From: Chloroflexota bacterium
Lineage (GTDB): Bacteria; Chloroflexota; UBA11872; VXOZ01
Assembly (NCBI GenBank): GCA_963663275.1
Contig: OY760183.1
Location: 416,001-480,000, forward strand
DNA: 64,000 nt
Direction of reading: 5' to 3'
Shown here: positions 19,263 through 29,561 of the stretch, piece after piece
How positions within the stretch are numbered: position 1 is the stretch's first letter
Layout of the letters: each line of letters starts with the position of its first letter
The notes under the pieces: model-generated
Told to the model about the DNA's origin: nothing
Database searches by the model: none
What the model saw: only the letters and a program-made list of their open reading frames with translations
Program-made: the position numbers and the translations under genes

Positions 19263-20618
19263 ATGAAAGCAACAGCGCTTACCCTCAGCCGACGACGCGT
19301 ACTTGCGGGGCTGGCCGGCGCCTTGCTGCCGCTGGCTGCATGTGGAACTGTAGCCGCACCTACCGCTGAGCAAGCGGAGGAGATGGAAGAGAAAGCCGCA
19401 CCCGCCGCCGAAGAAGCGAAAGAGCCTGAAGTGCAGGTGGCGAAATGGTTCTCCGCGTCCTACGGCGGCGGCAGCTTCGACCCGGTGCAGCAGGGACTCG
19501 TTGACAGCTTCAACGAGTTGGACGCCACCTTGCAGGCCGAGTACGTCATCGTGCCCGGCAACCAGCAGGCCTGCATCGAGAAAGTCCGCACCGGCCTGGC
19601 GGCCGGCGAGCGCGACATCGGCATCTTCAATTGCAGTCCCATCTGGCTGGCGAACATCGGCACGGCGGGTTTGGCGGCGGAGCTCGACACTCTGATTGCC
19701 CGCGACCAGGTAGACTTGACGGAATATGCCGATCTGGCAATCAATGCGCACCGCCTGCAGGGCAACCTCGTCGCTATTCCGCACTACGTCAATAGCCTCA
19801 TCACCGTCTACAACAAAGACCTGATGAACAAACTCGGTGAGGAATTGCCGGTGGATTCGTGGACGTGGGACGACTTCCTCACGTTGGCGCGCAGGCTGAC
19901 GACCGGCGCGGGCGCGCAGAAGCAGTTTGGCGTCGCCACGGTGCCGCGGGGCTTCAATCCCAATACGCCGTGGATCTGGATGGCGGGCGGCAGCACCTAC
20001 GACGACGAAGAGAACCCGACCAAGTCCACCATGTCGTCCCCCGAGACCCGGGCCGGGCTGCAGTGGCGCGCCGACCTCTACCACAAGCATCAGGTAACGC
20101 CGCGGCCCGGCGAGGTGGAAGGGGACCTCTTTAGCGGTGGGGTTTCGCCGCTCATCGTCACCACCGGCGCGGCCATGTCCCGCTATCGCGGCGACCGGGT
20201 GTCGTTCGCGTGGGACGTGATCGGCATTCCCGCCGGGCCGACCGGCCGGACGACATTCGCGGGCAGCTACGCCCAAGCGCTCTATAGCGACAGCAGCACC
20301 AAGGACGCGGCGTGGGGCTTGCTCAAGCACGTCACGGGCCGTCCGGGCGCCTTGGCCATGTTGTCGGTTTCGCTCTCGGTGCCGGTCTACACGCCGGTGG
20401 CGCAGAACGAATACCGCAACGCCGACGGCCAACCCGACGGCATCGATAACGTCCTGAACTTCCTCACCTACCTGCGCGGCCTGCCCAAGAATCCGAACAT
20501 GATCGCCATTTACGGCCCGGCCTACGGCACGCACCTCGGCCACATCTGGACCGGCGAGATGAGTGTGGAAGAAGCCACGGCCGCGATGGACACCATCGTG
20601 GACGGCGAGTTGGGTTAG
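19263..20618 (+). CDS. Extracellular solute-binding lipoprotein, Tat signal
   Basis: SRRRVL, LAACG, YNKDL, WTWDDFL. Confidence 0.88.
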   Translation: MKATALTLSRRRVLAGLAGALLPLAACGTVAAPTAEQAEEMEEKAAPAAEEAKEPEVQVAKWFSASYGGGSFDPVQQGLVDSFNELDATLQAEYVIVPGNQQACIEKVRTGLAAGERDIGIFNCSPIWLANIGTAGLAAELDTLIARDQVDLTEYADLAINAHRLQGNLVAIPHYVNSLITVYNKDLMNKLGEELPVDSWTWDDFLTLARRLTTGAGAQKQFGVATVPRGFNPNTPWIWMAGGSTYDDEENPTKSTMSSPETRAGLQWRADLYHKHQVTPRPGEVEGDLFSGGVSPLIVTTGAAMSRYRGDRVSFAWDVIGIPAGPTGRTTFAGSYAQALYSDSSTKDAAWGLLKHVTGRPGALAMLSVSLSVPVYTPVAQNEYRNADGQPDGIDNVLNFLTYLRGLPKNPNMIAIYGPAYGTHLGHIWTGEMSVEEATAAMDTIVDGELG

Positions 20619-20655
20619 CGTTTTCCCAACCGCTTCGGCGCCACAGAATCGGGAA

Positions 20656-21087
20656 TCAGACCCCGGTGCTGCCGAACCCGCCGCGATCGCCGCCCCCGAA
20701 TTGCGCCACCTCTTCCCACGCCACGCGCGGCGTCGGCACGAGCAGCGCCTGGGCGATCCGCTCGCCGCGTTCCACGGTCACGGGCGCATCCGTCACGTTA
20801 TAGAAGAGCGCCTGGATCTCGTCGCCGTCGCCGCAGTAGTCCTGGTCGATGATGCCGACGCCGTTCGCTTTCAGCAAGCCCTTGCGCGCGGGCGTGCTGC
20901 TGCGGCTCGCGACGATGAGCGCGTAGCCCGGGGGTACCTCGATCACCACGTTGCAGGGCACCCGCGCCGTCTCCCCCGGCGCAATCGTCACGGCTGAGCG
21001 GGCGCTCAGGTCGAACGCCACCGCGCCAGCCGTGGCGTAGCGCGGCAGGGGAAGCGTGGGGTCGATGCGTTTGACGCGCACGTTCAT
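20656..21087 (-). CDS. dut: dUTP diphosphatase
   Basis: AFDL, SRSS, GIIDQDYCG, GERIAQ, RGGFGSTG motifs. Confidence 0.93.
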   Translation of the reverse strand: MNVRVKRIDPTLPLPRYATAGAVAFDLSARSAVTIAPGETARVPCNVVIEVPPGYALIVASRSSTPARKGLLKANGVGIIDQDYCGDGDEIQALFYNVTDAPVTVERGERIAQALLVPTPRVAWEEVAQFGGGDRGGFGSTGV

Positions 21088-21104
21088 GGCAGGTAATAGC
21101 GCCT

Positions 21105-21533
21105 CTAGGCAAAGGAGCGCCGGAGCAGCGCCAGCCATTGCAGGAAATATCCCCACTCGGAGTCGTACGGAGTTTCCGCCAGCGGCCGGTCCGGGGCGGC
21201 GACGCTCGTCCGGCCCGGCGCGTTGGCCGCGCGGACGCCGTCCAGCGGCAGCAAGACCAGCGATTCCCCCGGTTCCACCAGCCCCAGCCGCTCTTTGGCC
21301 ACGGTGCGGATGTAGGCCTCCGTGCCCCGGCGGGTCAACTCCTGTTGCAGGGCGGCGTTCTCCGCTTCCCGCGCCGCCAGCCGCTCCTCCAGCACCAGCA
21401 CCCGCTGGTTGACCTCATAGCTGTTCAGCACCCGCGCCGGAAAGCCGGTGAGCGTGACGGCAATGGCCAGACCCGCCGCGATGAGCACGTATTTCGTTAC
21501 ACGCGCCGGTGTCCGTTTGTCGGGGATGCGCAT
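21105..21533 (-). CDS. Septum formation initiator (FtsB/DivIC family)
   Basis: TM helix, coiled coil, YIRTVAKERLGLVEPGE. Confidence 0.8.
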   Translation of the reverse strand: MRIPDKRTPARVTKYVLIAAGLAIAVTLTGFPARVLNSYEVNQRVLVLEERLAAREAENAALQQELTRRGTEAYIRTVAKERLGLVEPGESLVLLPLDGVRAANAPGRTSVAAPDRPLAETPYDSEWGYFLQWLALLRRSFA

Positions 21534-21786
21534 CGTGCTACGGCCTCGCCTACGAGTTGGAACGCCTTGCAGCGCCGCGCCGGCCTGTGCGTTGGCGGAG
21601 TGCGGGAGAACTGCCGCGCCGCGCGGAAGGATTGCCGCGCCGCGCGGGCTGCGCGCGCTGCCGGAAGCCGGGGTCGGACGCGGCGCCGGAAACATGAGGA
21701 CGGTCCCGCTGCCGCGTTCTCCACACGTGATTCTAGCACAAACGACGGCGGATGAGATAGCGGCCCGGCGCGACCGGCGGCCGTTA

Positions 21787-21958
21787 GAACCTGTTTACTA
21801 TCTGCTTATGAGGGAGTTTGCAAAGCCGATGTAAACCGTTCGTGCTGAGCCTGTCGAAGCATGGACGGTTGTTTACCAACGTGCGATGGTTCCAATCACC
21901 CTTCGACAAGCTCAGGGCGAACGTCCCTCGTGCAGACAAAACGATCGTAAACAGGCTC
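21787..21958. mobile_element. MITE family C (172 bp), inverted copy
   Basis: GAACCTGTTTAC...GTAAACAGGCTC flanked by TTA duplication; right TTA is the stop codon of the neighbouring gene. Confidence 0.85.
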
Positions 21959-22837
21959 TTAGTCCCGCGCCGGTGTCGCGTACTCCCTCTCCCAGGCGCG
22001 GAACTGCCCCACGTTCACTACCTCGGTGAACTCGTCCAGCGTCGTCATGTCGGTCATGGTATCGGTGGTGCCGTGCTCCTTCAGCGCCGTGTAGACGCGC
22101 TGCATGGCGCGCGCCGCGGAAAACAGGCTCGAGAGCGGGTAGACCACGATCTTGAAGCCGATCTCCGCCAGGGCGTCCGGCGAAAGCACCGGCGTCTTGC
22201 CGCCCTCGATCATATTGGCAAAGAGCGGCGCGTCCGGGAACGCCGCGGCCACGGCGTGCAGTTCGTCCAGCGACTGGGGCGCTTCGATGAAGACCACGTC
22301 CGCGCCGGCCTCGTAGTACGCGCGGCCGCGCTCCAGGGCGTCCTCCAGGCCCAGCACGGCGCGCGCGTCGGTGCGGGCGATGATCACCAGGCCGGAATCG
22401 CCCCGCGCTTCCACGGCGGCGCGCACCTTCTGCACGTGGTCTTCCATCGGAATCACCCGCTTGCCCTCCAGATGGCCGCACTTCTTGGGCCATTCCTGGT
22501 CTTCCAGAATGATGCCGGCCACCCCCTGCGCCACGCACTCGCTCACCGTGCGTATGACGTTGAGCGGATTGCCGTAGCCGGTGTCCATGTCCGCCACCAG
22601 CGGCACGTTCACGCTCCGCACGATGTTGTGCACGCGGTCGAGGATTTCGCTGGCGGTCATCAGGCCGAGGTCCGGCACGCCAAGGGCGCTGGCCGCAAAG
22701 CCGAAGCCGGTCGTAAAGACGGTCTCGAAGCCGGCCTGCTCCGCGAGGCGCGCGCTCAGGCAGTCGTACGCGCCGGGCAAGACGACGATACCGGGTTTTT
22801 CGATCAAGGCCCGCAGTCGGGCGGAACGCTCATTCAC
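21959..22837 (-). CDS. Isocitrate lyase/PEP mutase superfamily lyase (PrpB/dimethylmalate-lyase-like)
   Basis: PGAYD, DMDTGYG, LEDQEWPKKCGH, ARTDA, ANMIEGGKTP. Confidence 0.9.
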   Translation of the reverse strand: MNERSARLRALIEKPGIVVLPGAYDCLSARLAEQAGFETVFTTGFGFAASALGVPDLGLMTASEILDRVHNIVRSVNVPLVADMDTGYGNPLNVIRTVSECVAQGVAGIILEDQEWPKKCGHLEGKRVIPMEDHVQKVRAAVEARGDSGLVIIARTDARAVLGLEDALERGRAYYEAGADVVFIEAPQSLDELHAVAAAFPDAPLFANMIEGGKTPVLSPDALAEIGFKIVVYPLSSLFSAARAMQRVYTALKEHGTTDTMTDMTTLDEFTEVVNVGQFRAWEREYATPARD

Positions 22838-23094
22838 AGGGCATGCTCCTTGCGCTTCACTTCTTCTACCAGGGATTGCATGGGTCCATAGGGATATTGT
22901 AGCCGTAGGCGCATGTTCGCACACGATAGCGGGATGGTTGGTTGATCTATGTCCCCACAGGGTCTTGACAAACGGCTCCTAACGGGGATAACTTATACGC
23001 AGCGGAGTTAACGCTTACGGAAAGGAGGGAGATTCCCATAAGCCCCACGTGGCAGTGATCCGCGTGACTACAGTTTTGCTTCAAGCTCAGGAGG

Positions 23095-24514
23095 ATGAAA
23101 AGGGGATACCCGAAACCGATTCACGCGGCGACGCCTGTTCGGTACCGTCGGCGCATTCTCGGCGGGAAGCCTCTTCCTCGCTGCCTGTGGCCAGCAGATG
23201 GCAGCGGAACCCAGCGGAGACATGGCCGAGGAAGAGACGGTCAAGGCGGAGGAAGAGAAGCCCGCCATGGCGGAGCCGGTGGAAGTGCAATGGCTCACCC
23301 ACCACAACAGCCGCCAACTGGACAATGTCGACGGGCTGGTCAAGGAGCCGTTTGAAAACGATAACCCCGGCATCACGCTGAAGTGGATCATCTGGACCGG
23401 CGACCGCCGCGAGTTTCTACTGACGCTCGTAGCCGGCGGCCAAGCGCCGGATGTGGCGTGGCTCACCGACCCGGCGCTCACGGCCCTCCGCGCGGTGGAG
23501 GCCATCGACGACCGGGTGGCCAAGGACCAGATTGATCTCAGCCCCTTTCCCCAGACTGCCATGGACGCCTGGTTCCGCCGCGACGGCAAGCTCTTTGCGC
23601 TGCCGAACCAGTCGGGCGGCGACTGGCCCGTAGCGCCCACCAATAAGCGCATGTATGAAGAGATCGGTTTGAACCTGCCGCCCAACGACTGGACGGATCC
23701 CGACTGGGACTTCGACCGCTTTACCTCTGAAATGAAGCTGCTGACCAAGGAAGACGGCGGCAAGACCACGCAGTTCGGTCTGCTGGGGGCGAGTCCGGTC
23801 TTCCTCTTCATCGACTGGCCGAACTTCTTCGACACCGAGTGGATTGCCGACGACAACCGCACGGTGGTTTCCGACGATCCCGCGCTCGTGGACGCCTACG
23901 AGCGTTTCTTCACGATGGCGATCCAGGACCGCTCGGTGGCTAAGCCGGGACAGGTCAACGATCTGTTCGGCACAAATGTCAGGACGGCGTTCGTCGAGGA
24001 GCGGGGCGCCATGCTGCGCAGCGCGCCCGGCGGTTTCTTCATGGTGTTGGAGGCCATCCAGCGCGGCGCGCCGTTCGTCTTCAGTCCCGTCGTGCGCGGC
24101 GCCAGCGCGCGGCCGGTCTCGCCCCTGAACCTGGACGGCAACGGCATCGTGGTCGGTTCCAAGCAACCCGACGCCGGTTGGGAGCTTATCAAGTGGGGCA
24201 GCCGCACCATCAACTGGGCGATCTCGCGCGGCACCGGCTTCCATCGCGTGGACTTCTTCGACGAATGGGCGGAGAACATCTACGGCGATAAGGACTTCCA
24301 AGCGGAAGTGCGCCTGGAGGTCTACCGCGACGCCCTGCAGTACGCCGTGCCCGCGGGCCGCTCTTTCCGCTCCGCCGCCTACAATCAAATCCGCGACCAA
24401 CTCATCAATCCGACCTTCGCGGACCTCTTCGCGGGCAACGTGACCGTGCAAGAAGCCCTGCGTGGCATGAAACAGCCGATGCAAGCCCTGGTCGACGAGG
24501 CCCTCGCGCGCTAG
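23095..24514 (+). CDS. Tat solute-binding lipoprotein with apparent 1-nt frameshift just after the ATG
   Basis: Main frame reads KGDTRNRFTRRRLFG...LAACG upstream of Met 23198; ATG 23095 is out of frame across AAAAGGGG. Confidence 0.78.
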
Positions 24515-24683
24515 CCGGCGCACACACCCATAACCGGACGCAGTGAGAGACTCCCATCTCCTTGGGTTACCCCCTCTCCCCGAGGAAACTCCCCCTTCCT
24601 GGCTTAGCTCCCTCTCCCTGGGGGAGAGGGCCGGGGTGAGGGGGAATCCCCTAATGCGGCCCGCGTAAAACGCAAACTCCCCC

Positions 24684-24975
24684 GTAGGGGCAACCCTTGT
24701 GGTTGCCCTGCTACCCCGTCGTTGCCCTATTGCGATGGACAACCAACACGCCATCCCCTCGTACGGGCATCCCTTGTGGTTGCCCTGCATCGCGGAATCA
24801 ACCTGCGCGGCCGCCCTTTCGCGCAACTGATCCAAACCCGCATTGGGCGCGACCCTTTGCCGGAAAACCACGTAGGTCTCCCCCTTCCGGGCTCTCTGGG
24901 CAACCACAAGGGTTGCCCCTACCGGGTGGTAAATGCCCACGTTGACGTGGGCGACCACAAGGGTCGCCCCTACCG
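24684..24975. repeat. Cluster of GTAG-type REP variants (GGGCAACCCTTGTGGTTGCCC)
   Basis: Four copies in both orientations. Confidence 0.75.
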
Positions 24976-25118
24976 GGGCCGATGCGGACGTGGCCGCGGC
25001 GGGCCGGTCTCACCGCTTGGGCAAGCGCGCCCCCGAATGCGCTATAGTGGAAGAGTACCCAGTCACACGCTCACTACGCCTTTGTCGCGTCACGCTGAAA
25101 GATAATCACCGGCTCACC

Positions 25119-25781
25119 ATGTCTACGCGAACCGGCGCGCTCGCGCGCCGTCTCAGGGCAATGCGGCTGCCCATTGCGCTCCCGCTGGCGCTGGGTTTGG
25201 CCGTGGTATTGCTGAGCGCGTGCGGGCCGCTCGCGCCGCCGGCCGCGACGCCGGCCCCAACGGCAACACCCACGCCCATACCGACCGCAGCGCCCACTCC
25301 GACTCCGACCGCCATGCCCGCGCCCTCGCCGACTGCCGTTCCGCAGCCGACCGCGACCGCGCCAGCGGCCCCGACCCCCGCCGCGGCGACGCCGACCGCC
25401 GCGCCCACGCCCATACCGACCGCGCCGCCTCCCACTCCCCCGCCGACGCCCTCGCCCACACCCACGGGCCCGGAAGCGGAACTGGTGGGCGATTGGGAAG
25501 GAATGCTCAAGGTGCTTGGGTCTGAGGTTCCCATCAGCGCCACGCTGCGGCTGGACGACGGCGAACTGTGGGGCACGCTGGACGTAGCCTCCCGGCGCAT
25601 CGAGGACCTGCCGTTCAAGGTCGAAATCCAGCCGGACGGCGGCATTCGCTTCGTCATCCCGCAAGAGGACGGCGACCTCGCCTTCGACGGCAAGCTCGAA
25701 AATGGGGTCGTCGCGGGCAAGTTCAGGATAGGCCTCATTGGCGGCACGTTCACCCTGGAACGCGCCCCATCCGGCAATTGA
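25119..25781 (+). CDS. Pro/Thr/Ala-rich lipoprotein with C-terminal beta domain
   Basis: LLSACG lipobox, PT linker, LVGDWEG..GTLD..FDGKL..GKF domain. Confidence 0.7.
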   Translation: MSTRTGALARRLRAMRLPIALPLALGLAVVLLSACGPLAPPAATPAPTATPTPIPTAAPTPTPTAMPAPSPTAVPQPTATAPAAPTPAAATPTAAPTPIPTAPPPTPPPTPSPTPTGPEAELVGDWEGMLKVLGSEVPISATLRLDDGELWGTLDVASRRIEDLPFKVEIQPDGGIRFVIPQEDGDLAFDGKLENGVVAGKFRIGLIGGTFTLERAPSGN

Positions 25782-25858
25782 CGAGACATCCTCTCCCGGC
25801 GTGACAGCCTTTGCCTAACCCCCGGCAGGCAGGCAAAGTGACACCCTCTCCCCGAGGG

Positions 25859-26004
25859 CTGACAGGAGTATGCACTCTCTATCCCACTCCACGTGTCATT
25901 CCGAGCGGAGCGCAGCGGAGAGAGGAATCTAAGGCATAGCCCCGCAAGATCAGCACTTTAGATTCCTCACTCCGCTCGGAATGACACTCGCCTACCCCTC
26001 TCAG
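25859..26004. mobile_element. MITE family A copy inside a composite family B element (~25806-26119)
   Basis: CTGACAGGAGTA...TACCCCTCTCAG termini, 146 bp. Confidence 0.78.
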
Positions 26005-26162
26005 CCCATCAAGGGGGAAGGTTGGGATGGAGGTGAAATGAATTGACTTTATACTAGTGTTAGCTGAAAAGGCACCCTGGATTCCGGCTTCCGCCGGAAT
26101 GACGGAGCTATGCAAAGCTCTCCCGAGGGAGAAAGCAGGCAAAATGACACCCTCTCCCCGAG

Positions 26163-26302
26163 GAGACCTTTGCATAACCCCTTCCCCATCGAGGGGGAAG
26201 GTTGGGATGGGGGTGTAAAGGCTTGAAAGCAGGCTATTCTTAGTTGTAAATGCAGTCTGGATTCCGGCTTCCGCCGGAATGACAGAGTTATGCAAAGGTC
26301 TC
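26163..26302. mobile_element. MITE family B (140 bp, empty)
   Basis: GAGACCTTTGCATAAC / GTTATGCAAAGGTCTC perfect TIR; CGAG on both sides; inserted in a family E hairpin loop. Confidence 0.88.
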
Positions 26303-26391
26303 CGAGGGAGAGGGCCGGGGTGAGGGTGAATCGCCGGAACACAGGTGCAGCGCCCGCGCGGAGAAGCCCGTCTTCCGCGCACGTACAGCCC

Positions 26392-27156
26392 TCACTCCCC
26401 TTTGAATTCCGGCTCCCGTTTCTCCACGAACGCCCGCAGTCCCTCCTGCGCATCGGCAGAAGCGCGCACGCGCTCGAACAAGCCGCTCGCCAGTTTCACC
26501 CGCTCTTCCAGGCCCAGGTTCTGGCCGCGCACGGACGCCTCTTTCATGCCGCGCGTTGCCAGCGGCGCATTTTGCGCGATGGTTTGCGCGTATTCGGCGG
26601 CCGTATCCGCCAGCGCGTCCAGGGGCACCACCTTATTCACCAGGTGCAGCCGGTGCGCCTCCTGCGCGCTGATGAACGCGCCGGTCAGCAGGTATTCCAG
26701 CGCGTAGTTCAGCGGGATGCGGTCGGCCAGCATGGAGGGCCCGCTGATGGAGCTAATGCCGCGCTTGGCCTGAGGCCAGCCGAATTGCGCGCTCTCGGCG
26801 GCGATCCTGATGTCCGAGGCCAGCGCGATGCCGCCGCCCTGGGCCAGACAATAGCCGTTGATGGCGGCGATGATGGGCTTCCAGATGCGCGTCTGCATCA
26901 CGTAGAGGTCTTCGATCGACGTGCCCGGCGCTTCGTCGCCGGAGGGGCCGCCCATCTCCTCCAGGTCGTGGCCCACGGAGAAGGCCCGCCCCGTGCCCGT
27001 GATTATGGCCACCCAGGCGTCGCCGCGCGCGGCAAAGTCCGCGAACACGCCAAAAAGCTCCTCCCGCATAGCGCGGTTGATCGCGTTCAACTTCTCCGGC
27101 CGGTTCAGCGTGATCCGAGCCACCTTGTCGGCAACGGTGTATTCGATGAAGGACAT
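26392..27156 (-). CDS. Enoyl-CoA hydratase/isomerase family protein
   Basis: LNRPEKLNAI, AFSVGHDL, KPIIAAINGYCLAQG, AFVEKREPEF. Confidence 0.92.
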   Translation of the reverse strand: MSFIEYTVADKVARITLNRPEKLNAINRAMREELFGVFADFAARGDAWVAIITGTGRAFSVGHDLEEMGGPSGDEAPGTSIEDLYVMQTRIWKPIIAAINGYCLAQGGGIALASDIRIAAESAQFGWPQAKRGISSISGPSMLADRIPLNYALEYLLTGAFISAQEAHRLHLVNKVVPLDALADTAAEYAQTIAQNAPLATRGMKEASVRGQNLGLEERVKLASGLFERVRASADAQEGLRAFVEKREPEFKGE

Positions 27157-27265
27157 AGTGATTCCTCGTGACTCATGAACTTTGCAATGCTGGGGTTGTT
27201 TCCGCTGTTGCGCTTTGGACGTCCGTCCCACTTCCTCCGCCTGGCCGAGCCGCAGCGCGGTCTCC

Positions 27266-28537
27266 TTACGCCCCCAGGAAGCCCTCGTCGTACAAGACCG
27301 AGCGGAAGCCGTGTTCCGTTGCCCAGCGGATGGCGGCCTCGGTCTTGGCGGGCACGTTGGGTTGGTAGTGGGGCAGGTGGGTGCGGAAGTATTGCTCGTG
27401 CACCATCAGTTCCAGCACCTCGCCGCGGTGGGGGTCTTGAGCCACGGCATCCAGGTGGGCCGTCACTTCCTCCGGCGTCTTGTGGCTGTTGATCACTTGG
27501 TCGTGGGTAACGAAGAGCAAGTCCTCGCTGTAGTCTTTCCAGTAGTCGTGGGTGTTCAGATAAGCGGTGGTAGCGGCATCCAGGTAGTAGTTCACGCGGG
27601 GCAGCGGATCGAAGACGAAGTAGCCCGCCAGGCCCCAGATGCCCTCCTGGCGCAGCGCGCGGCAGCCCAGGCGGGTGCCCTCGCCCCAGTGGAGCGTGGT
27701 GAAGTGCGACCACGCCTCCTCGCCGGCAAAGCGCAGCGTCTCGTCCCGCACCTGGCGGTAGTCGGTCAGCAGTTTCTCCGCCGACGCTTCCTTATACGGG
27801 TCCCGCGGCTGGTCGGCGCGGGCGTGGAACGAGAGTTGCAGCCAGCCGGCGTTATCGCGCCACTCGGACTTGTACGTGTCCGGCATCTGGCGCAGGTCGA
27901 AGTCCTCGCAGGCGTAGTAGATGTTGATGTGGGTCTTCGTGCCGTAGCGGTCGCGCAGATCGCGCATGAAACCCAGGTAGAAGTTGTCGAAAATGGACTT
28001 GGGCCGCTCGAAAGCCAAGTCGCGCAGAAAATACACGTCGTCATCCAGCGAGAAGCGGTAGCGCGGGAACGAGCGTTGGTCCCAGAGCACCGTGACCGCA
28101 TGCGTCGCGGTCTCGCCGCCGCGTTCCGCCACCGCCGTGAGCGTGGTCTCGTGAGCGGTCAGGGTAACGTCCGCCGCGAACGTCGCGCCCACAATCGCGG
28201 CCTGGATACCGCCATCGCCCGCGACACCGTGCGACCTGACCGCGCCGCGTTGCAACTCACCCCCGCCGTTCTGGCCGCCATCCGCGCCAGCGTGCAACTC
28301 ACCCCCGCCGCCTTGCGACCCGCCCGCGCCAGCGTCGCCGCCGTTGCTTTGGGAGCCACCTGCGCCGCCCTGCGACCCGCCCGCTCCGCTCTGGGCGCCG
28401 CCCGCGCCGCGCACCGTCACCGTATCCGCCCCGCTCACCACGCCCCGCACTGTCACGCGCAACCCATCCTCATCCTGCCGCCCATCATGCCGATTGAGTA
28501 TCGCGCCATGTATCGGCGTCGTAATCTGCACCTGCAT
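27266..28537 (-). CDS. Hypothetical protein: Ig-like N-terminus with Gly-rich insert plus NodB/deacetylase-like TIM domain
   Basis: FSLDD, LSFHA, LHWG, ELMVHEQY motifs; host-like codon usage; GGAGG RBS. Confidence 0.6.
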   Translation of the reverse strand: MQVQITTPIHGAILNRHDGRQDEDGLRVTVRGVVSGADTVTVRGAGGAQSGAGGSQGGAGGSQSNGGDAGAGGSQGGGGELHAGADGGQNGGGELQRGAVRSHGVAGDGGIQAAIVGATFAADVTLTAHETTLTAVAERGGETATHAVTVLWDQRSFPRYRFSLDDDVYFLRDLAFERPKSIFDNFYLGFMRDLRDRYGTKTHINIYYACEDFDLRQMPDTYKSEWRDNAGWLQLSFHARADQPRDPYKEASAEKLLTDYRQVRDETLRFAGEEAWSHFTTLHWGEGTRLGCRALRQEGIWGLAGYFVFDPLPRVNYYLDAATTAYLNTHDYWKDYSEDLLFVTHDQVINSHKTPEEVTAHLDAVAQDPHRGEVLELMVHEQYFRTHLPHYQPNVPAKTEAAIRWATEHGFRSVLYDEGFLGA

Positions 28538-28703
28538 GGGATACCACTGCCTCCTCCACTGCTAGCTGCCGGATACCATAACCAGCATAAACGACTGGTC
28601 TTCTGTAGATTAGCACCTCATGCGCCTTGCAGCAGCATTCATCCAGGCAGAGTCTTACTTGAACTCTCCTTTGATCTCCTGAGTTGCTTCTACCACTGAA
28701 CCA

Positions 28704-29192
28704 CTAGTCTTTCTCTAGCTTCAACCACTTGATGGATTCAAGATTCTTGAACTTCCCTTTGGCCGCTTCTCTCGACATTGTGGTCGTTGGCCACTTTCCT
28801 TCAGGAATTTCCACGAATACTACTTCCCCATCCCCTTCGGTGGCGTATAGCCCTTCTTTCTGATACCAGTCTAAGGCAACGTATACGTCTTTCCTTTGAG
28901 CATGAGATAAACTCACTGTCCATCTTTCTAAAGCAACGCCAACTTCTCTTATCATGTGGTTGTACTGTGCGGCGCGCAAAGTGTCGGCTTTCATCATCAT
29001 ACACATGCCTGGGTGGTATGTATCTTTGGCTTCCATGACACGTTTTCTTCCGTCTATCAAGATTTCACGGATTTGTCTCGCGTCTCGACGCTGAGCCAAT
29101 CTCTGGCGAACATATCCAGCCAGCCCTAGAATGGCCGTAGCTGTCAAAGCTGCAATCAAACCAGCTACGGCACTCTGCGTTATTGATTCCAT
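28704..29192 (-). CDS. Hypothetical low-GC protein with N-terminal TM
   Basis: 162-aa ORF with AAGAAGG RBS in a visibly AT-richer patch. Confidence 0.6.
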   Translation of the reverse strand: MESITQSAVAGLIAALTATAILGLAGYVRQRLAQRRDARQIREILIDGRKRVMEAKDTYHPGMCMMMKADTLRAAQYNHMIREVGVALERWTVSLSHAQRKDVYVALDWYQKEGLYATEGDGEVVFVEIPEGKWPTTTMSREAAKGKFKNLESIKWLKLEKD

Positions 29193-29252
29193 TTGCCTTC
29201 TTTAGCCTACTCGGATCGCCACTTGTGGTTAGATGGTTTTGGAGAATCCACA

Positions 29253-29420
29253 AAACAATGCCCCACTTCATAGCGTCGCTTGTACACCTCTGTTTTGTAC
29301 TACCAAGGCGTCAAAAGGTTCTTGGGCGGCGACACAACCGGCGTGAACCCCAAGTCGGCAGCTAGTTGGCGGGTCTCATCACCCGCATACACACGATCCA
29401 TCACCAGAAACGGCTGCTCC
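29253..29420 (-). pseudogene. IS5-family transposase C-terminal remnant
   Basis: Manual translation FLVMDRVYAGDETRQLAADLGFTPVVSPPKNLLTPW*YKTEVYKRRYEV matches the IS5 D..Y / PVVPP / Y..R..(V/I)E signature; internal stop. Confidence 0.78.
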
Positions 29421-29561
29421 AGACTGCCTCCTACGCCGAGCAAAGCGAATACCGTATACTAGCGTAGACAAACAACCCCCTACAGATAATGATAGCAAGA
29501 AAGCAATCGGCCCGTCTGCGCCGTAATCAAGAGTAATCCGGAAAGCGTTTGCGTCCGCGAC

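Noticed and set aside
25879-26453. Short ORFs such as CHSERSEES / VIPAEAGIQ / LTPALS (also 1605-1931, 10448-10783, 38564-39087)
   Set aside because: Translations of MITE/REP DNA recurring at each repeat cluster
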